A DNA stretch of 64,000 nt, taken from positions 62,001 through 126,000 of the forward strand of contig JAMDHS010000014.1 of NCBI GenBank assembly GCA_029717555.1, read 5' to 3'. The stretch comes from Peribolospora baueri. Taxonomy: Eukaryota. How positions within the stretch are numbered: position 1 is the first letter of the stretch; the number at the start of each line of letters is the position of its first letter. The position numbers were made by a program, and so were the translations under genes. Shown piece by piece: positions 23,711-41,625 of this stretch. Under the pieces are notes generated by a model. It ran no database searches. It had not been told where the DNA came from and saw only the letters and a list, made by a program, of their open reading frames with translations.

Positions 23711-26700
23711 ATGAGCAAGCGGTCGGAGCTACATTCCAACGGGGACGAGGAGCCGAGGTCCCAGGACTCCATGAGCGACAAGGACGAGGATGACGTCGGT
23801 CCTATGCCCGTCGCAGCTGGCGACGGGAATGGACCAGCGAAGAAGCGGAGAAAAGGTGAGAGAGAGAGGCGATAGTCTGCAAAGGAATAAACACCTTTCA
23901 GGGTACGACTAAACGTGTCTATCTCCATGTACCCATTGTCGCTATCCTTGCAGTCTTGCAGTACGAGAAGCTTTACCTCGATTATCTGCCATCAGGGGAG
24001 CGCTACTACAAGTCACTCATGCATCGCGACGTGATCAACCACGTCGTCGTAACTCGGTGAGCGGTAGCGTCTAATCCAGTTCCACCCGTTCACCTACCTT
24101 TGCTCCATGAAAGTCTTCCCGGCTCTCACCGCCATCCTTTCCTCACCACGATGTGTGCAGAACCGATTTTGTCCTCACGACCTCTGCCGACGGCCACCTA
24201 AAGTTCTGGAAGAAGCAAGAGTCCGGCATTGAGTTTGTCAAACACTTCCGCGCTCATCTCTCCCCCATCGTCAGTGTCAGTGCAAGCGCAGATGGAGCCA
24301 TGTTTGCCACCATCTCCAGCGATGGGACAGCAAAGGTGTTCGACGTGGAGAATTTTGGTGAGCGTGGCACCCATCGTTGGGCGAAAACGGCCAGAATCAC
24401 TAACCCCGGATACCTACTTTGATCCTTACTCCTCTTCGGTTTTGGCTAGACATGATCAACATATTAAATCTCGGATACACGCCGCGAGCCTGTTGTTGGA
24501 TCCACCGCCGCGGAGAAGCGCAAACGTTGCTCGCAATGTGCGTCCCCTGCTCTGCCATTTGCCGCTTTTTTCTTCTTCCTCCGTTGAGCTGACTGATGTA
24601 TACTATACTGTGCATCTTTTCAGTTCTGACGCTGATTCGTCCAAGATCCGTTTGTACGACGGTCGAGGTGAACCGACGCCCATGAATGTTCTTGAAGACA
24701 TACACAAGAAGCCGGTCCATCTGATGGCGGTGGGTGCCTCTTCTTTTTCCATAAATTTCTTTCCGTTTTTTCTTTTCCCTCTCATTTCAACTTGCTTCCA
24801 TCTGTGGGCTATAGTACAATGATGCGTACGACACGGTCATCTCGGCGGACGAATCTGGCATGATCGAGTATTGGCAGCCGCACGAACCGTGGACTCTGCC
24901 AAAGGCGAAAGGGATTTGGGAGTACAAGAGCTCCACGGACTTGTATGACTTCAAAAAGGTGAGCACGCCAGATCAAGGAACTGGACGACGACTCCATTGC
25001 CTTCCGACTGAGCATCTTCCACACCCTGTCTTCAGTCCAAATCCGTCCCCTCCTCTCTCTGTCTTTCCCCTTCCTCCGATCTCTTCATGACGACTTCTTT
25101 TCCCGACCGCCAAGTCCGAATATTCAACTTCCTCTCCGGAAAGCTCTACCGCAAGTACGATGAAAGCCTGACGGCGATCCAAGAGATGCAACAGGCCGGC
25201 ACGGCGGTGTACAAGCTGGATGACATGGAATTCGGACGGCGGCTCGCGCTGGAGAGGGACCTGGAGAAGAACGAGAGAGCGAGGGAGATGGCAAATGCGG
25301 TGTTTGATGAGAGCGGGAGGTTCGTCATTTATGCGACCATGCTCGGTATCAAAGGTAAGTCTTGTCGACGCCTCTCGATCCTGCGGCCACATGGCCGTCT
25401 TTGCTCCCCGCACCTGTCGTAGCTCAAAATGCACACTCTCGGCCTTCTGTCCAGTCGTAAATACGTACACAAACAAAGTCGTAAGACTACTTGGAAAAGA
25501 TGAGACGAGTCGGTTCCTCAACATGAGTTTGTTCCAGGGAGCTTCGGTCAAGAAAGGCCTGACGACGGTGGTGAGTGGTACGGTGGCCTGATTTTTTCCT
25601 CGTGTAAACCGTCTCATGCTCATCCTCCCTCGTGCTCGACTGTTTTCAAGGCTATGGCGGCGTCGGAGAACCCGCTGTTGCAGAATAAGGATGTCCGCGA
25701 TCCGACGCTGTTTTGTACGGCCTACAAACGGCCCCGCTTCTACCTTTTCACGCGACTAGAGCCGACGTGAGTGTCTGGGCTGAACTTTCCGGAACAACTG
25801 ACCGTTTTAACGCTCACTTGGCTGAACGCTCGTACTCTTTCGGCCTTTCGTGTCGACGCTCCCTCTTTTCAGCGACTCCAAGGGCGAGCGAGACGTGTTC
25901 AACGAAAAGCCCACGCGCGAGGAACAGACGATCGCAGCAGCCAACCCTGGCTCCCGCCGAGCAGCTACGGCCACGGCTGCCATCTTACACACGACGAAAG
26001 GTGACATTCACCTCAAACTCTTTCCAGAGCACGCTCCAAAGGCGGTGGAGAACTTTGTGGGTTTGTCCAGGAAGGGCTACTATGATAAGGTCATCTTCCA
26101 TCGTGTTATCAAGAAGTTTGTGAGTCCCTGCAATCTCTCCAGATTGAAGCCGCTGTATGATGCGTTGGGTACGATCGACTGTTGGCTCACATGTTCTTGT
26201 CGCTGCCGTTCTGCGAAGATGCTTCAAACGGGCGATCCTCTCGGTGACGGCACGGGCGGTACCTCCGTCTGGGGCACCGAGTTCGAGGACGAGTTCACTC
26301 CCGCGCTAAGGCACGATCGCCCCTACACCGTGAGCTACCACTTACCAATCGGACGACCATCCGCTCGGCTCCTGCTCGGCTCCTCACCGCCCATTACTCC
26401 TGTGCCTGTTTCTTGCAGTTGTCGATGGCGAACGCGGGGCCGAACACGAACGGTTCACAGTTCTTCATCACCACCGTTCCTACGCCTTGGCTGGACAACA
26501 AGCACACTATCTTTGGAAGGGCCGTGTCGGGCCTCGACGTGATCCATGAGATCGAGAATATGCGGACTGACAGCAAGGTAGGATGCGACATGGAGGATAA
26601 CTTTGCTCTTCCTCTTTGATTCCTGGCCTCTGTTCCTTGCTCGCTCACCTTGCTCTTTCTTCCTTCTTTGTACCCTGTCACAGACGGACAAGGCAAGTCG

Positions 26701-26835
26701 AACTTGTTGAATTTCTACGTTGCGCTACCCGAAGCCTTCCTTCGCCCCGCTCATACTCATCCTGGTCACCCTTTCCTCTTCTGTCTTTCCTAGCCTCGAG
26801 ATCCGCCTTCGATCATCAATGTCACGATCGGTTGA
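23711..26835 (+). CDS. WD40-repeat cyclophilin peptidyl-prolyl isomerase (PPWD1/Cyp15-like)
   Basis: [34 protein letters not shown]; cyclophilin [45 protein letters not shown]. Confidence 0.93.
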
Positions 26836-27068
26836 TGTAGCGTCCTTGTGCTGTAGAAATGTTGGCTCGTTGGAATGCATTGGCGGTATCGTGATAGGAC
26901 GTACTCGATGAGAGAGATGCTTGATAACGCTGTAAAGGATTCCCGTTTGTGCAGAGCGCTCGCGGGTTTAAAAGATTCCGACGATGTCGATCACGCCTCT
27001 GTTGTATTCTTAAAGTACCACCACGATCAAAGAAGGAAGGACATCTCAACCTCTCCTCTTCCGAGAAG

Positions 27069-28987
27069 ATGGAGAAATTCTCCCAATTCCGTGACCCGGG
27101 AACGGGAATCCAGCCTTTCCTTAAGCCTGTCGTACGTTACACTTCCCTCTGTCGTAGCGAGCACCAGCAACTGTCAGCGACTCTAGCGGAGACGGCCAGG
27201 TGTTCCTTGCTGACAATGATCATGTTGACATGCAATCGTTTTCTTCCTACCCTTCCCAACACAGGCATCTCACTCATCCATCTCCTCACTGTCGATTCTT
27301 CTTTTGCCTCTGGCATACGTGCTGGCATCAGCGAGGATCGTCCTTCTGTTCGCCTTAACCCTTCTCCACCTGCTCTTGGCAGACACCGTCTTGCTTCTGG
27401 TAGTGAGTGGCTACTGGATGTGGGCGTCCGCATAGGAAAGCACACCACGTTTCCACGAGCTTCTTGATGGATGAAGCACTGGTAACTGACCTCGCATTCG
27501 TCCTCTTCATCCACTCTTCCGCTTGTTTGCCTCGCTCTTTTGGTTGGACTCATTCGCCAACACAGCCGCCGGTCCGAGACGTTTTTAGTGCTTTTCTGAT
27601 CCGAATAGCGCTTGTCTTCCTGGGGTTTGCATGGATAGAGGCGGAGACGGTGTCTTTAAAGAGAAGGTGGGTGGTTTTCATTGCCTTGGATTTTCTCACT
27701 GGCCTGCTGGGCGTGTCTTCTTAGTGAAGTCTCCCGCTTCGCCTATTCCACCCACACTTCTATACTCCTCTCATCGCCTTTCCTTTCGTATCGTCGCCTC
27801 ATCCACTGAAAACCCATGTCCGCCCTTTCGTCCGCCAGCCGAGGCCCAAGAAATCCTTGGACACCTAAGTCCGGCGACCTCATCGTCTCTAACCTCTCTT
27901 CGTGGATCGAAATTCTTTACCTCTCTTCCCGCTTCCACCCCATATTCGTCCTTCCCGTCGTTAAGCCTCCACTCGCATCCTCTTTGTCTCATTCTCCTTC
28001 CGAAAAAGCGCCCGCCTCGCCTTCGACGCCTCGGACTCGACGCTTCGCAGGACAGGTTTCCCCCACGCCATCATCTCCCAGCCCTTCTTCGCCCATCCCC
28101 ACGCAAAGGAGGGACGTGCTCGGCTTCAAAGCGGTGGGCATGTGGAGGATGCTGGCCAGTATCGGCAAGCTACCCATTGAAGCCGATGTCACACAATCGT
28201 CACAGACGAGTGTGAAATTCGAGTCTCTAGATGAAATCGTCAAGAAGGCTTCGAGACCCGTCGTCGTGTTTCCTGAGGTGACCACCGATGCCTCTTTTCC
28301 CTCGCTCACCGGATATGCATTTGGCGACCTTTAATGTGTAATGCTCACCTCTCTTCGCATTTCCCCTCTGCCAAATTCCTTGTTATCTATCCTGTGTTAC
28401 ATGTGCCAGCTCACGACGTCGAACAACCGTGCGCTCCTTCGCTTCGCGCGCGTCTTTCCCATGGCGTGGAGGACGCTGCCTGTACCGCAAGGTGGCCCAC
28501 GTGTTTTCCTAATGAGCGTCAAGTGAGTACGGCTTGCTCCTTCTTTCATCTACACCCGCTGTAGTCTCGTTCTCTGGCTAGTTTGCCGGGGCAACCTGTT
28601 CATGCTCGTACTTAGCGGCTGTCGCGCCCTGCCTCCCACCGAATGTCAACGGCCAGGCACGAACCCCCAACAGTGACCCCCGTTTCCGCGACGCTCTCCA
28701 TTCCCTCTCGCATATTCTCCCCCCTCCCACACGTCATCCATACATGTACCTCTCTCTCCTTCCTCCGCTCTGTCCAAATTCGCGTTCTCGATCCAAGCGA
28801 GTCTCCCAGCTCGGGCTCCTACCTCCCCGGGGACGCTTCCGTTACCGCAAGACGGGGAGGGGAGGAGGACGCTCTGTCGGAGGCTTGCGCCCAATTGGTT
28901 GCTGCGCTGGGGAGGTGGAAGAGGACGAGCATGGGCTGGGAAGATAAGAAGAGGTTCATCGAGTTGTACTATGCGAAGATGCGCTAG
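27069..28987 (+). CDS. Lysophosphatidic acid acyltransferase LOA1/VPS66-like
   Basis: MEKFSQFRDPGTGIQPFL N-terminus; GDLIVSNLSSWIEILYL; PVVVFPE|LTTSNNRALL; MGWEDK. Confidence 0.85.
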
Positions 28988-29135
28988 CCTAGTCGCCTTT
29001 GCACTCTCGCTTGACCTGACTTTTCACGGATGTTCAATTATATGTTCTCCTTTCGAGAAAAACCGTAACGATACAAGGACGTCTTCTGTCTACCTCCTGG
29101 CCTCCTAGCACAATTTCCGTCATCCTTTCCTGCAT

Positions 29136-32775
<3,640 letters not shown>

Positions 32776-33084
32776 GGCGGAAGACCACGAATCTGGCGGC
32801 GAGGGATACCTCTGTGCTCTCTGCACGTCGTAACGCAGATGACCGAGGGTTATGCAGATGAGTGCCTCCGACGCTTGGACGAGGGTGGCGAGGTGGGAAG
32901 TGCTGAGTGGCAATGAACGACGAACGGCGGCTAGCCATGAGCGATCGCAAGCCGCAGCATCCGAGCAAGCACGTGACTGGCAATCGACATCGGGCGCCCT
33001 TGTAGACTGGCTGGGCTGGACGCCGCCTTACCTCGTCCGCCGTTGAATGTCTCGGGCGCTCTCCTTTGCGTCGCCCAACCAGCC

Positions 33085-36000
33085 ATGTCCGCTATCGCGA
33101 GCAGCTTGCGCGAGTACAAGGAACCCACGCGCACCCAAGTCTTTGCCGAGAGCTTCTCCATTCCGGACGATGAAGCAATCAACAGCGAGATCAACGCGGT
33201 GCTCAGCTTGACCGAGAAAGAGGAGGTCTATGTGAGTCTCTTCTCTTCGCCATGTGCCAGCCTGCGGCGCCTTTCTAGTCTTGTTTTGGGAAGAGGTGTT
33301 GTTATATTGCTCACAAGCCTTGGCTTGCTCGTCCCTCAGTCGGGCAAGCTCTACCTCACCCGGACGTTTCTCTGCTTCACCTCCATCGACAAGCGAACAT
33401 GTCGCATGTCGCTACCCCTTTACGTAGTCCGTCGAGTGGAACGTTTGAACACCAGGAGCACGGTATACGCCTTGAGTATTGTTGTCTGGCACGGCATGAA
33501 GATTGTGAGCATGCAGAGTGACGCAAGAGCGCTCATGAGCTCGTGTAGCGCAATTTGATCTCACATTCCTCTCTATGTGCGCTCCAGATCATACAGCTGA
33601 ACGGCCTGCGCCCTCAGTGCGAGGCTTTCTGCTCCGCCTTACGAGACTCGCTCCGAGCCCAACTCCCTCAGATGAAAAAGCTCAAGCCCTTCCTTGCGAC
33701 TCTGTTCTCCGAGTACACTCTTTCTGAAGACGCAAAGGCCGCGGCTCCTGGGAAGGATGGAGAGAAGAGGGAGGCTGAGAAAGGGGATGAAGAGGCTGTA
33801 GAAGGAGGGGAGGGAGGAGAAAAGAAGTATCAATGTGGTCTCGGCGTCATTTTCAAGTTCCCCGGTGACCCTCGCAAGTGAGTATGCTCATATTTCATGG
33901 CTGAGCTGACCGTCGACCATTGCAGCCGAATGGTTCCTCATGCGCACCTTTGTTATGAAAAACAGGCTTCGAGAAAAGAGCAAGATGAAGCTCTGGAAGG
34001 ACTATTTCCGAGGTGAGAAGTCCTTCCAAACCTCCATGAAGGCGAGAGTGGGACGCTCACGACTGCTCTGTTCTTCACGTCGTTCAAAGTGCACGGCCGT
34101 AACCTCACGGCAATCCGCTACCCGCAATTCTTGCGCCTAGTTCAAGTCGGTCTTCCGAACCGGCTCCGGGGCGAAGTTTGGGAGCTCACCGCGGGTAGCA
34201 TTTACGCTCGTTTCTCCCACCCGGGCGAGTATGAGAACATCCTCAAAAAGTACGCTGGCAGGACGAGCACCAGCACGGAGGAGATCGAGAAGGACCTCAA
34301 TCGAAGCTTGCCCGAATATCCGGCTTATCAAGATCAACGGGGTTTGGACGCGCTTCGGAGAGTGTTGACTGCGTATAGCTGGAAGAACCCGGAGTTGGGT
34401 GAGTCTTATGGATACCCTGGCGTGCATTTCACTGGCAAAAATTGTTGAAGGCAGTCTGCACATGTGTGTCTGGTGTCATGAACAGGCTACTGCCAGGCTA
34501 TGAACATCGTTGTAGCGGCCATTCTCATGTGAGTCGCTTGAACATCCGTTTCTTAGCTTCCCAACGTTTCTGAACCGGTTTCCATACTCCTCGGCAGCTA
34601 CATGTCGGAGGAACAGACGTTCTGGCTCCTGAACACGCTCTGCGACCGGCTTCTTCCGGGTTACTATACGTGGGTTCTACCTCGCCCAACTTCGTATCTA
34701 GTGCATCTGTGTATCGAACGGCTGAAGAACTGACATGCATTCGCTTGTTTCCTTTCCCTGTTGGCTCCCCGCAGTCAATCTATGTCCGGCACGCTTCTCG
34801 ACCAAAAGGTATTCGAGCACCTCGTCCAGCGCGCCTTGCCAATGATCCACGACCATTTCGTCAACGCGGACGTGCAACTCAGCGTCGCTAGCTTGCCCTG
34901 GTTTTTGAGCCTTTATATCAACTCGATGCCGTGAGGAACAGCTCCTTCTCTCACGAATGCCTTCACGGAGTAGTCAAAGTTCTTAAATGTGGTTTTGGGC
35001 TTACCCGCAACCGTGACCCTTCACATTTTGTGCAGTATGATCTTTGCCTTCCGCATCGTAGATTGCTTTTTCGCCATGGGTCCGAAGGTTTTGTTTCAAG
35101 TTGGGTGAGCTTACGTGTGGCATCATGTCTAAGCGCTTCCTGTTGGATGTCAGCTTATAATTTCTTGTCTACCCTTGCCGGTTCCTGCTGTAGCTTGGCT
35201 ATCCTGAAGATCAACGGTGAAGAGCTGCTGAAGTGCACTGACGATGGCATGTTCATCAGGTAGGTCATGTTCAAATAGCCGATCCCGCTCCGCCTGGGAA
35301 GTACTTTCTCTGACAAGCGGAGGTATTCCAACCGCACAGCCAAATGCGGAAGTACTTTGCGTCGCTGGGCGACTCAGCTTATCCAAATTCGGAGAATCCA
35401 CGGCAGCGGCAGATCACTAACTTCCAAGAAGTAAGCTGATTCTAGCGATAGGCGTGGGAGAAGTGAAGCTAGGGCTCGGGAGATAGGAACTGGCAAAGAG
35501 TGACTCTTGTCTTTTTCACGTTTCTTGTCTCCTGAACGCCTCGCCAGCTTCTGGTCGTCGCCTTCCGGGAATTCTCCATCATCACAGATGAAACGATCGC
35601 TTCGGAGCGGAAACGGTTCCGCATGGAGATCGTGCGCGAGATCGAGTCGTTCGCTCGGCGGTCCGCTATCCGCAACCTTCGCTCCACGGGGCGATTCAAC
35701 AAGGAGCAGGCGGGATTGATCTATGACAACGTAGGAGAAGCCATCTACCGTTCCCGGCACATGCCTAGCGAGCACAACCTCATTACCAATGACGCCGCCG
35801 GGGTGCTGGAGAAGGGAGTATCGCTTAGCCAGGAAGTAGGAGGCAAGGAGGTGCGCATCGATCTCAAGACATTCAGGATCTTCTTGAGCGAGATTGCCAC
35901 GTGGGCTAGGGATGAGGTCGTGGTCAGCAACGGATTTCAGGAGAGGGTGGAGCGGAGAATTCCGGAGCACGAATTCGTCGCTCGCCTCTTCTTCGCGTGG

Positions 36001-36488
36001 GACAAGGACGGCAAGGGATCTCTTTCGTTGCAAGTGAGTTTGCCTTGTCCCACAAGAAAGTACAAAAAGCCAAGCCAAGCCCGCTATATTGGATGGATGG
36101 ACGTTTACTGACGCGTCCTTGTCTCATCGCCCGGTGTCCTTCTCTTTCGAAGGACATCGTCACGGGTCTGGACGACGTGATGTTCAACGACATGATGCAG
36201 AACATCGAGTGGTTCTTCTCGCTGCACAGCAAGCAAGGCAACGGGTTCCTGACCAAGGACGAAGTGCTACGACTGAGCGAATCGCTCCTGGTGAGCTTTT
36301 TTTTCCTTCGTTTCGAACGCCTCGCTCAGCCTTCGATTTCGGGGCTGTTATTTCTTCTGATGTACGTCTCACGCGTTGGACACCTTCTTCTCCAGTTTCT
36401 CTTCCGCAACGAGACTGGCGACGGCTGGCTAGGCGCCGTATCGAGTTTGATCACAGAAAGCTTTAAAGAGGGAGGACAACGGCCCTGA
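33085..36488 (+). CDS. GRAM-TBC-EF-hand Rab GTPase-activating protein (Mdr1/Gyp2, TBC1D8/9-like)
   Basis: [20 protein letters not shown] (GRAM); [30 protein letters not shown] (TBC R and Q fingers); [12 protein letters not shown]-hand. Confidence 0.92.
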
Positions 36489-36983
36489 TGCCGCACGTCA
36501 AAGAAAAAAATGATAAAAAGATTTTTCTCTACCGGACCCATATGCCATGCCAGCTCTTATTCTTTCTTTCAATTTTTTGTCGCGGTCGGATTTTTTTGAC
36601 TCCTCGGCTCCTTATTTGACCACCATTTCGTGTGTGTGTGTCCTGTAGAGTACTTTTTGTGTGTCGCGCGGACAACCCCCCGCCGAGGGGACAGGGAATT
36701 ATATCATAAAGAGGATAAGGATAAGCTTTAAGAGGGAAAGATAATGGGCGATCGATGATGATAGCGCTCGGCAGTAACTAGTGGACGGTGGGCGGGATGC
36801 CTTTGACGCTCGAAGGGGGCACCCACGGCACGGCTCGAAGAAGACGAAGAAGAAGGCGGCTTCGGGTCAAAAGAGGTTGGCCGGACACGAGGGGAGGGTG
36901 GTAGACACGAATCTGGCCGCGGGAAACGTGGAAGGAGCGTCCTATGTTTCCGAGATGGCGACGGACGACGCACGTCACGCATC

Positions 36984-39665
36984 TCAAGCGCTTACGGTGG
37001 CGTTCGTCGATCGGGCCTTGTAGAGCGTGGCCGAGTCGACGACGGAGCCGTTCCTCGAGGCGATAAAGTCAGCAGTGAGGTGGGTGCTGTTGTGGAAGTG
37101 GAGGAGAGTCCAGCCGTAGGTGTTATCGGAGGCCTTGGCGGAGTAGTTCTGGAGTGGGTAGACGAGGGGGTCGAGGCCTGTTGAAGAGAGTTGGAACGGA
37201 TGTGTTAGGAAGAAAGAATTCAAAATCGCGTAATGGATGAAAGGAAGAGAGATGACGGAGGAAGAAGGATAGCTCACCATCGTAGTGACCTAGGATCATA
37301 GTGCCGAGCCAAGTTCAAACGGACAAAAAAAATAAAAAATCTCAGATACCACACCACTTGACCATGTCCGCTATCCGACGGACAAGACACAAGTCCTGAC
37401 TCACCAGCAGCGCCGTTGAGGATGTACCAGGGCATGGTGGGGTTGTCGAGCGTCTGGAGAAGGGTGCCGTTCTTGCCGACGGGGACCATGCGTTCGTAGA
37501 GGTGCGCGTGGCCCGTCATCACGAGGTCAACGCCGTACTGCTCGAAGATGGGAGCGAAGGCGTCGCGGCACTCGAAGCAGGTCGAGTCGCTAGAGCTGTA
37601 GACTAAGGAGAGTTTGGAGAGGAAGGATGAGGAAAACATCGCTTATCAATCAACGAGCGCAGACAGGGAGAAAGAAGAGGATCGTGGGGGAGACGGACTG
37701 AGACTCACGGGGCCTGTGAGCGCCAACGACAATCCAAGGCGTCTTAGACCTGTCGACGGCCGCAAGGTCCTTGACGAGCCAGTCGTGCTGCTGGTTCTTG
37801 TACGTGCCGAACGGGTGTCCGTCCATGCCCTCCTCGCCACCGGTCTCATCGGGACCGACGTAGCCCACGCCGAGGTCGGTCTGATTTGGGTAGATGAAGC
37901 CAACGGAGTTAGTACACAAAAGAGCGCGGCGCGTTCAGCATCGGCTTATCAGGAAACTCACCTCAGTGTCGACCATCACAAAGTGGACCATACCATAGTC
38001 CATGCTGCGCAAAGACGGAGAGATGAAACAAGATTCTCAGGCGTCGGGCCTCGACGAAATAGACGAAAGAGCACAAATAGAAGGCAAAATCAGGCCACGT
38101 TGAGCTCACCTCCACCAGAAGTTGCCAAGGCCGCCAGACTCAGCAGACGGCATTCGGAAGCGGTTGATGAAACCGGTGAAGTTGGCCCTGGACAGCGTCG
38201 AACATGAAGAGAAGGAGTTGGGTGAGGTTCAATGTCAGCGTCTCCATCCGTTGACCCTGACTTGGAACGGTCTCGTGGCAGATGGGATCGAAGATTATTT
38301 GGATGCCGGAAGACAAATGAATGACTCACTGGCCGGGAGGGCAGATCTTATCGGTGTAAGTGATGTTGTTGGTTTTGTCCGTCGTGCCGCCATTGTCGCA
38401 GTTCGACTCGTGGTTGCCCGGTCCGACCATGTAAGGTTTGACGGCGGTGAGCGGCTGGAGCTCGTTGAAGTACTCTTCCTCGAGCATCTCGTAGAGGGCG
38501 ACGCCATCGGAGATGTTCTTGGGGTTGTAGCCAGGGAGGTAGCCTTGGATCTGCTCCTTGAGCCAGTAGTCCGCATAGGCGATGTCGCCAGCTATATTGA
38601 AGGAGAGAATGCTCAGGGGGATGAATAAAAAGATGAAAAATCACTGGGTAGGGGTAGGACGGTACGCACGGTGGAGAAGGAAGTCGAATTGGTCCTTGTG
38701 GCCAACGAGGGACTGCATCGAGTTCAGGTCGCCAGGCTGGAGAGGGTTAGCGGCGCCCTTACCAACTTTTTTTTTCACGTCGAGTGGGTTAGGGGGCGAA
38801 GGATGGAGAGCGATAGAAGGTGAGCGATGCGCCGGAAAACGTAGTAGACGGTAGAGGCGTGCAACGAGAGAGGAGGAAGACAGGAAGACACATACCGCTG
38901 GTCGAGAGGCCATCCTTGCCCATGACGCCCATATCCACAGCGACGGCCACTGGTTCGCACGGCGCACGAATATGCTCGTGACATGTCAGCGCTACTCATC
39001 ATGACTGGAGCGATGGGCAGAGCAGATGAGGGCGCTAGCTCACCATTGAAAGGCGTAGAGTCGCCAGCGGGACGCGAGGTGGTGAAGGAGTAGGTCTCGT
39101 TGGCGGGGCTTCCGACGACGCGGTAGTAGTATTTGGTGTTAGGCTTGAGAGCCTCGATGGTGACAAAGTTGTTGTAAGTGGTGGAGGTGGGGTACGTGTT
39201 GCTCGTTCCAGGGGTGCTGTGGCTGTTCAGCTTGGACGGGTCGGTGCCGTAGAGGACGAGGGGATGGGCCACCTTCGAACGAGTGTTCCAGCCGATACGC
39301 TGTGGAGGGGAAGGCGAAGATATGAGCAAGGAGAGTGTCGGGCCTAGCATGACTTGGGCCGTGGACGACGAAGAATCACCATTCCAGTAGGGCCGGCGTC
39401 TGCGAATCGAATCGACAAGACGATCACGATACGAGGGGAAGAGAAGCGGGACAAAAGCAGAACGAGCAGTGAGCAAACCACAGGCGCCCTCCGGCCACGC
39501 TTCCTTTTCCGACGGCGGCAGGACTCGCATCTCGCATGGCATCTCGAGCTCACAAGCGAGTCTGTGCTGCATGATCTCCTTTCCGTTGGAGGACGAGTTG
39601 GAGGTGGGGGCGGCAAGAGCCGAAGCGATGCCAGCGGCTGCGAGCAAGGCACGAGAGGCGCGCAT
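36984..39665 (-). CDS. Secreted purple acid phosphatase / metallophosphoesterase
   Basis: Signal peptide MRASRALLAAAGIASALAAP; FN3-like LKPNTKYYYRV; metal motifs DMG, GDIAYAD, GNHE, GAHRP, GHAHLYER. Confidence 0.92.
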
Positions 39666-40627
39666 GTTGGTTGCCTCGGTGTGGGTGAAGAGAGGGAGGA
39701 GAGAAGGGAGGGTGTAGGAAAGGGTAAGAAAGAAAAGGTGAGGAAAGGGGCGGAAGGGAGGGGGGATGAGTGGGCCTCCTGGTGAGCTCTTCTTATTATA
39801 CCAACGCCTCCGACGGGCTCAGGTCCGACATCCTCAAGGAACCGGGTTCATTCGCATCACCTTGCTCGCTTGCTCCCTGCCTGCCTGCCGTCCGACAACT
39901 CGGGCCGGACGACGAACGACCGACGAGGACGACCACTAAGAGCCGCCCCGTCCCCCGTCGTCCTCGTCCTCGTTCTCGTTCAAATGGGACTGACTTGAAT
40001 GGCCAGTGAGAAAAGGTGCCGGCAAGGAACGTGCGTGCGCTACGCACGTGCATGGCCAAAATCCGGTCGCCGGCCGATCGAAAGCGAGAGACCGGATCTG
40101 CAGCTCGCTTACGGACATCTGTCTGTCTTGTCGAAGAGAGCCCGAGACGGCGCAGCACAGCAAAGGCCCTCGACACTTCACTAGTCATCGTGGGCCGTGC
40201 GCCGTGCGCTGGGCACCCGATCTCATTTGTTTCACAACCGTTCAGGGCAACAGAAGCTCACGGTCGGAACAAACACAGTCGAAGCGAGCGAGCGATTCGT
40301 CAGGGAACGGCTGTCACCGAGCACAGGAGCACGGCTCGTCGCATAAATTTTGGAAATGATACCGGTGACGGTGCGGTGCGTAGATGTACGGACATGGGGG
40401 TGCGTGCAGCATAGGACGATCGCGCGACGAGCTCGGCCAGAGGGCAAAAAGAGATGGCCCGGCAGAGCTCGCGCAAGAGGAGAGGAAAATACAACGGCCG
40501 ACCCGGGCCCGCCCCACCAGCCCGGACGACCCACAGGAGAAAGGGAAAGCGAGGCGACACCGACACCGACACCATACCGACACCTGGACCACCACCACGG
40601 CGCCGCCGTCGGACCGACGGACGGGGC

Positions 40628-41625
40628 TTAACGGTAGCGGCGGAGGGAGAGGGTGTCCCGACGGCGAATAGCCGCGTTCTTGGGCGCCTTCTTGTAACGG
40701 TGACCCTTGCCGAGACCGCGGTTCTGCTTGCCTTCGGCGGTGAGACCGCGCGACTCGCGGCGCTTGTGGACCGGGTTGACGATCCAGTTGATCCGCGGGT
40801 CGCGGCGGATGGCCTTGTGGTAGGGGTCGACAAGGATCACCTCGTAGTACTTGTACACACCGTCGCTGTTGATCCAGTACGAGTTGAGCACGCGCAAGTT
40901 GCCGCACTTGCGGCCCACGCGCTCCTCAGCAACGGAACGGAGAGAACGCTGGGGCTTGAGGTGGTTAATACTGAACGCAAGTGCAGAGGGGGATGTCGAA
41001 GTGCGGATGAGATCCCCGTCCGAGCGAAAACAAAAATCTCGCCTCTGGATCGGTCCCGCGATATGGCGTTCCGTGTACTTCCTGCTGGAAGACGTACTCA
41101 CCCCTGGTGAACGGGCTTGCCGAACATGGCGCCCTTGGGCTGATGGCGCTTGCGGTTACCGCGGCGCACGCGCACACGGTAGACAACGTAACCCTGCTTG
41201 GCCTTGTAGCCGAGGCGGCGGGCCTTGTCGGGGCGGGAGGGCCGGGACGCACGCTGGATTGATTAACCAGTGCCGGAACGCGGACGAAGGTGTCAGTATC
41301 GTTGAGCTGGACGAGTGCGTGCTTGCACCTTCCAAGTCACTCATTCGCTCCCCTCTAGGCGGCCGTCCGCACGGCATCTCCTACCCAAATCTCATCCAAC
41401 CAGGAGGCGCCGGTCCCGTTCCCGTACCCTTCCACCGACGTCTACCGCTCTCACCGCTCCGAGGACCACACCCACACCACACCAATCGACCGGCCCTTGT
41501 GGTCAGACACTCACGTGGATGACGTTGAGCTGACGGAACTCCCAGCACCTCACACGGAGGAGGAAGCGGAGCACGTCGCTGTTCTTCTTCTTCCAAAGCT
41601 CCTCGACGTACTTGTAGGCACCCAT
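40628..41625 (-). CDS. RPL15: 60S ribosomal protein L15 (eL15)
   Basis: [65 protein letters not shown]. Introns at 41514-41254 and about 41103-40972. Confidence 0.98.
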
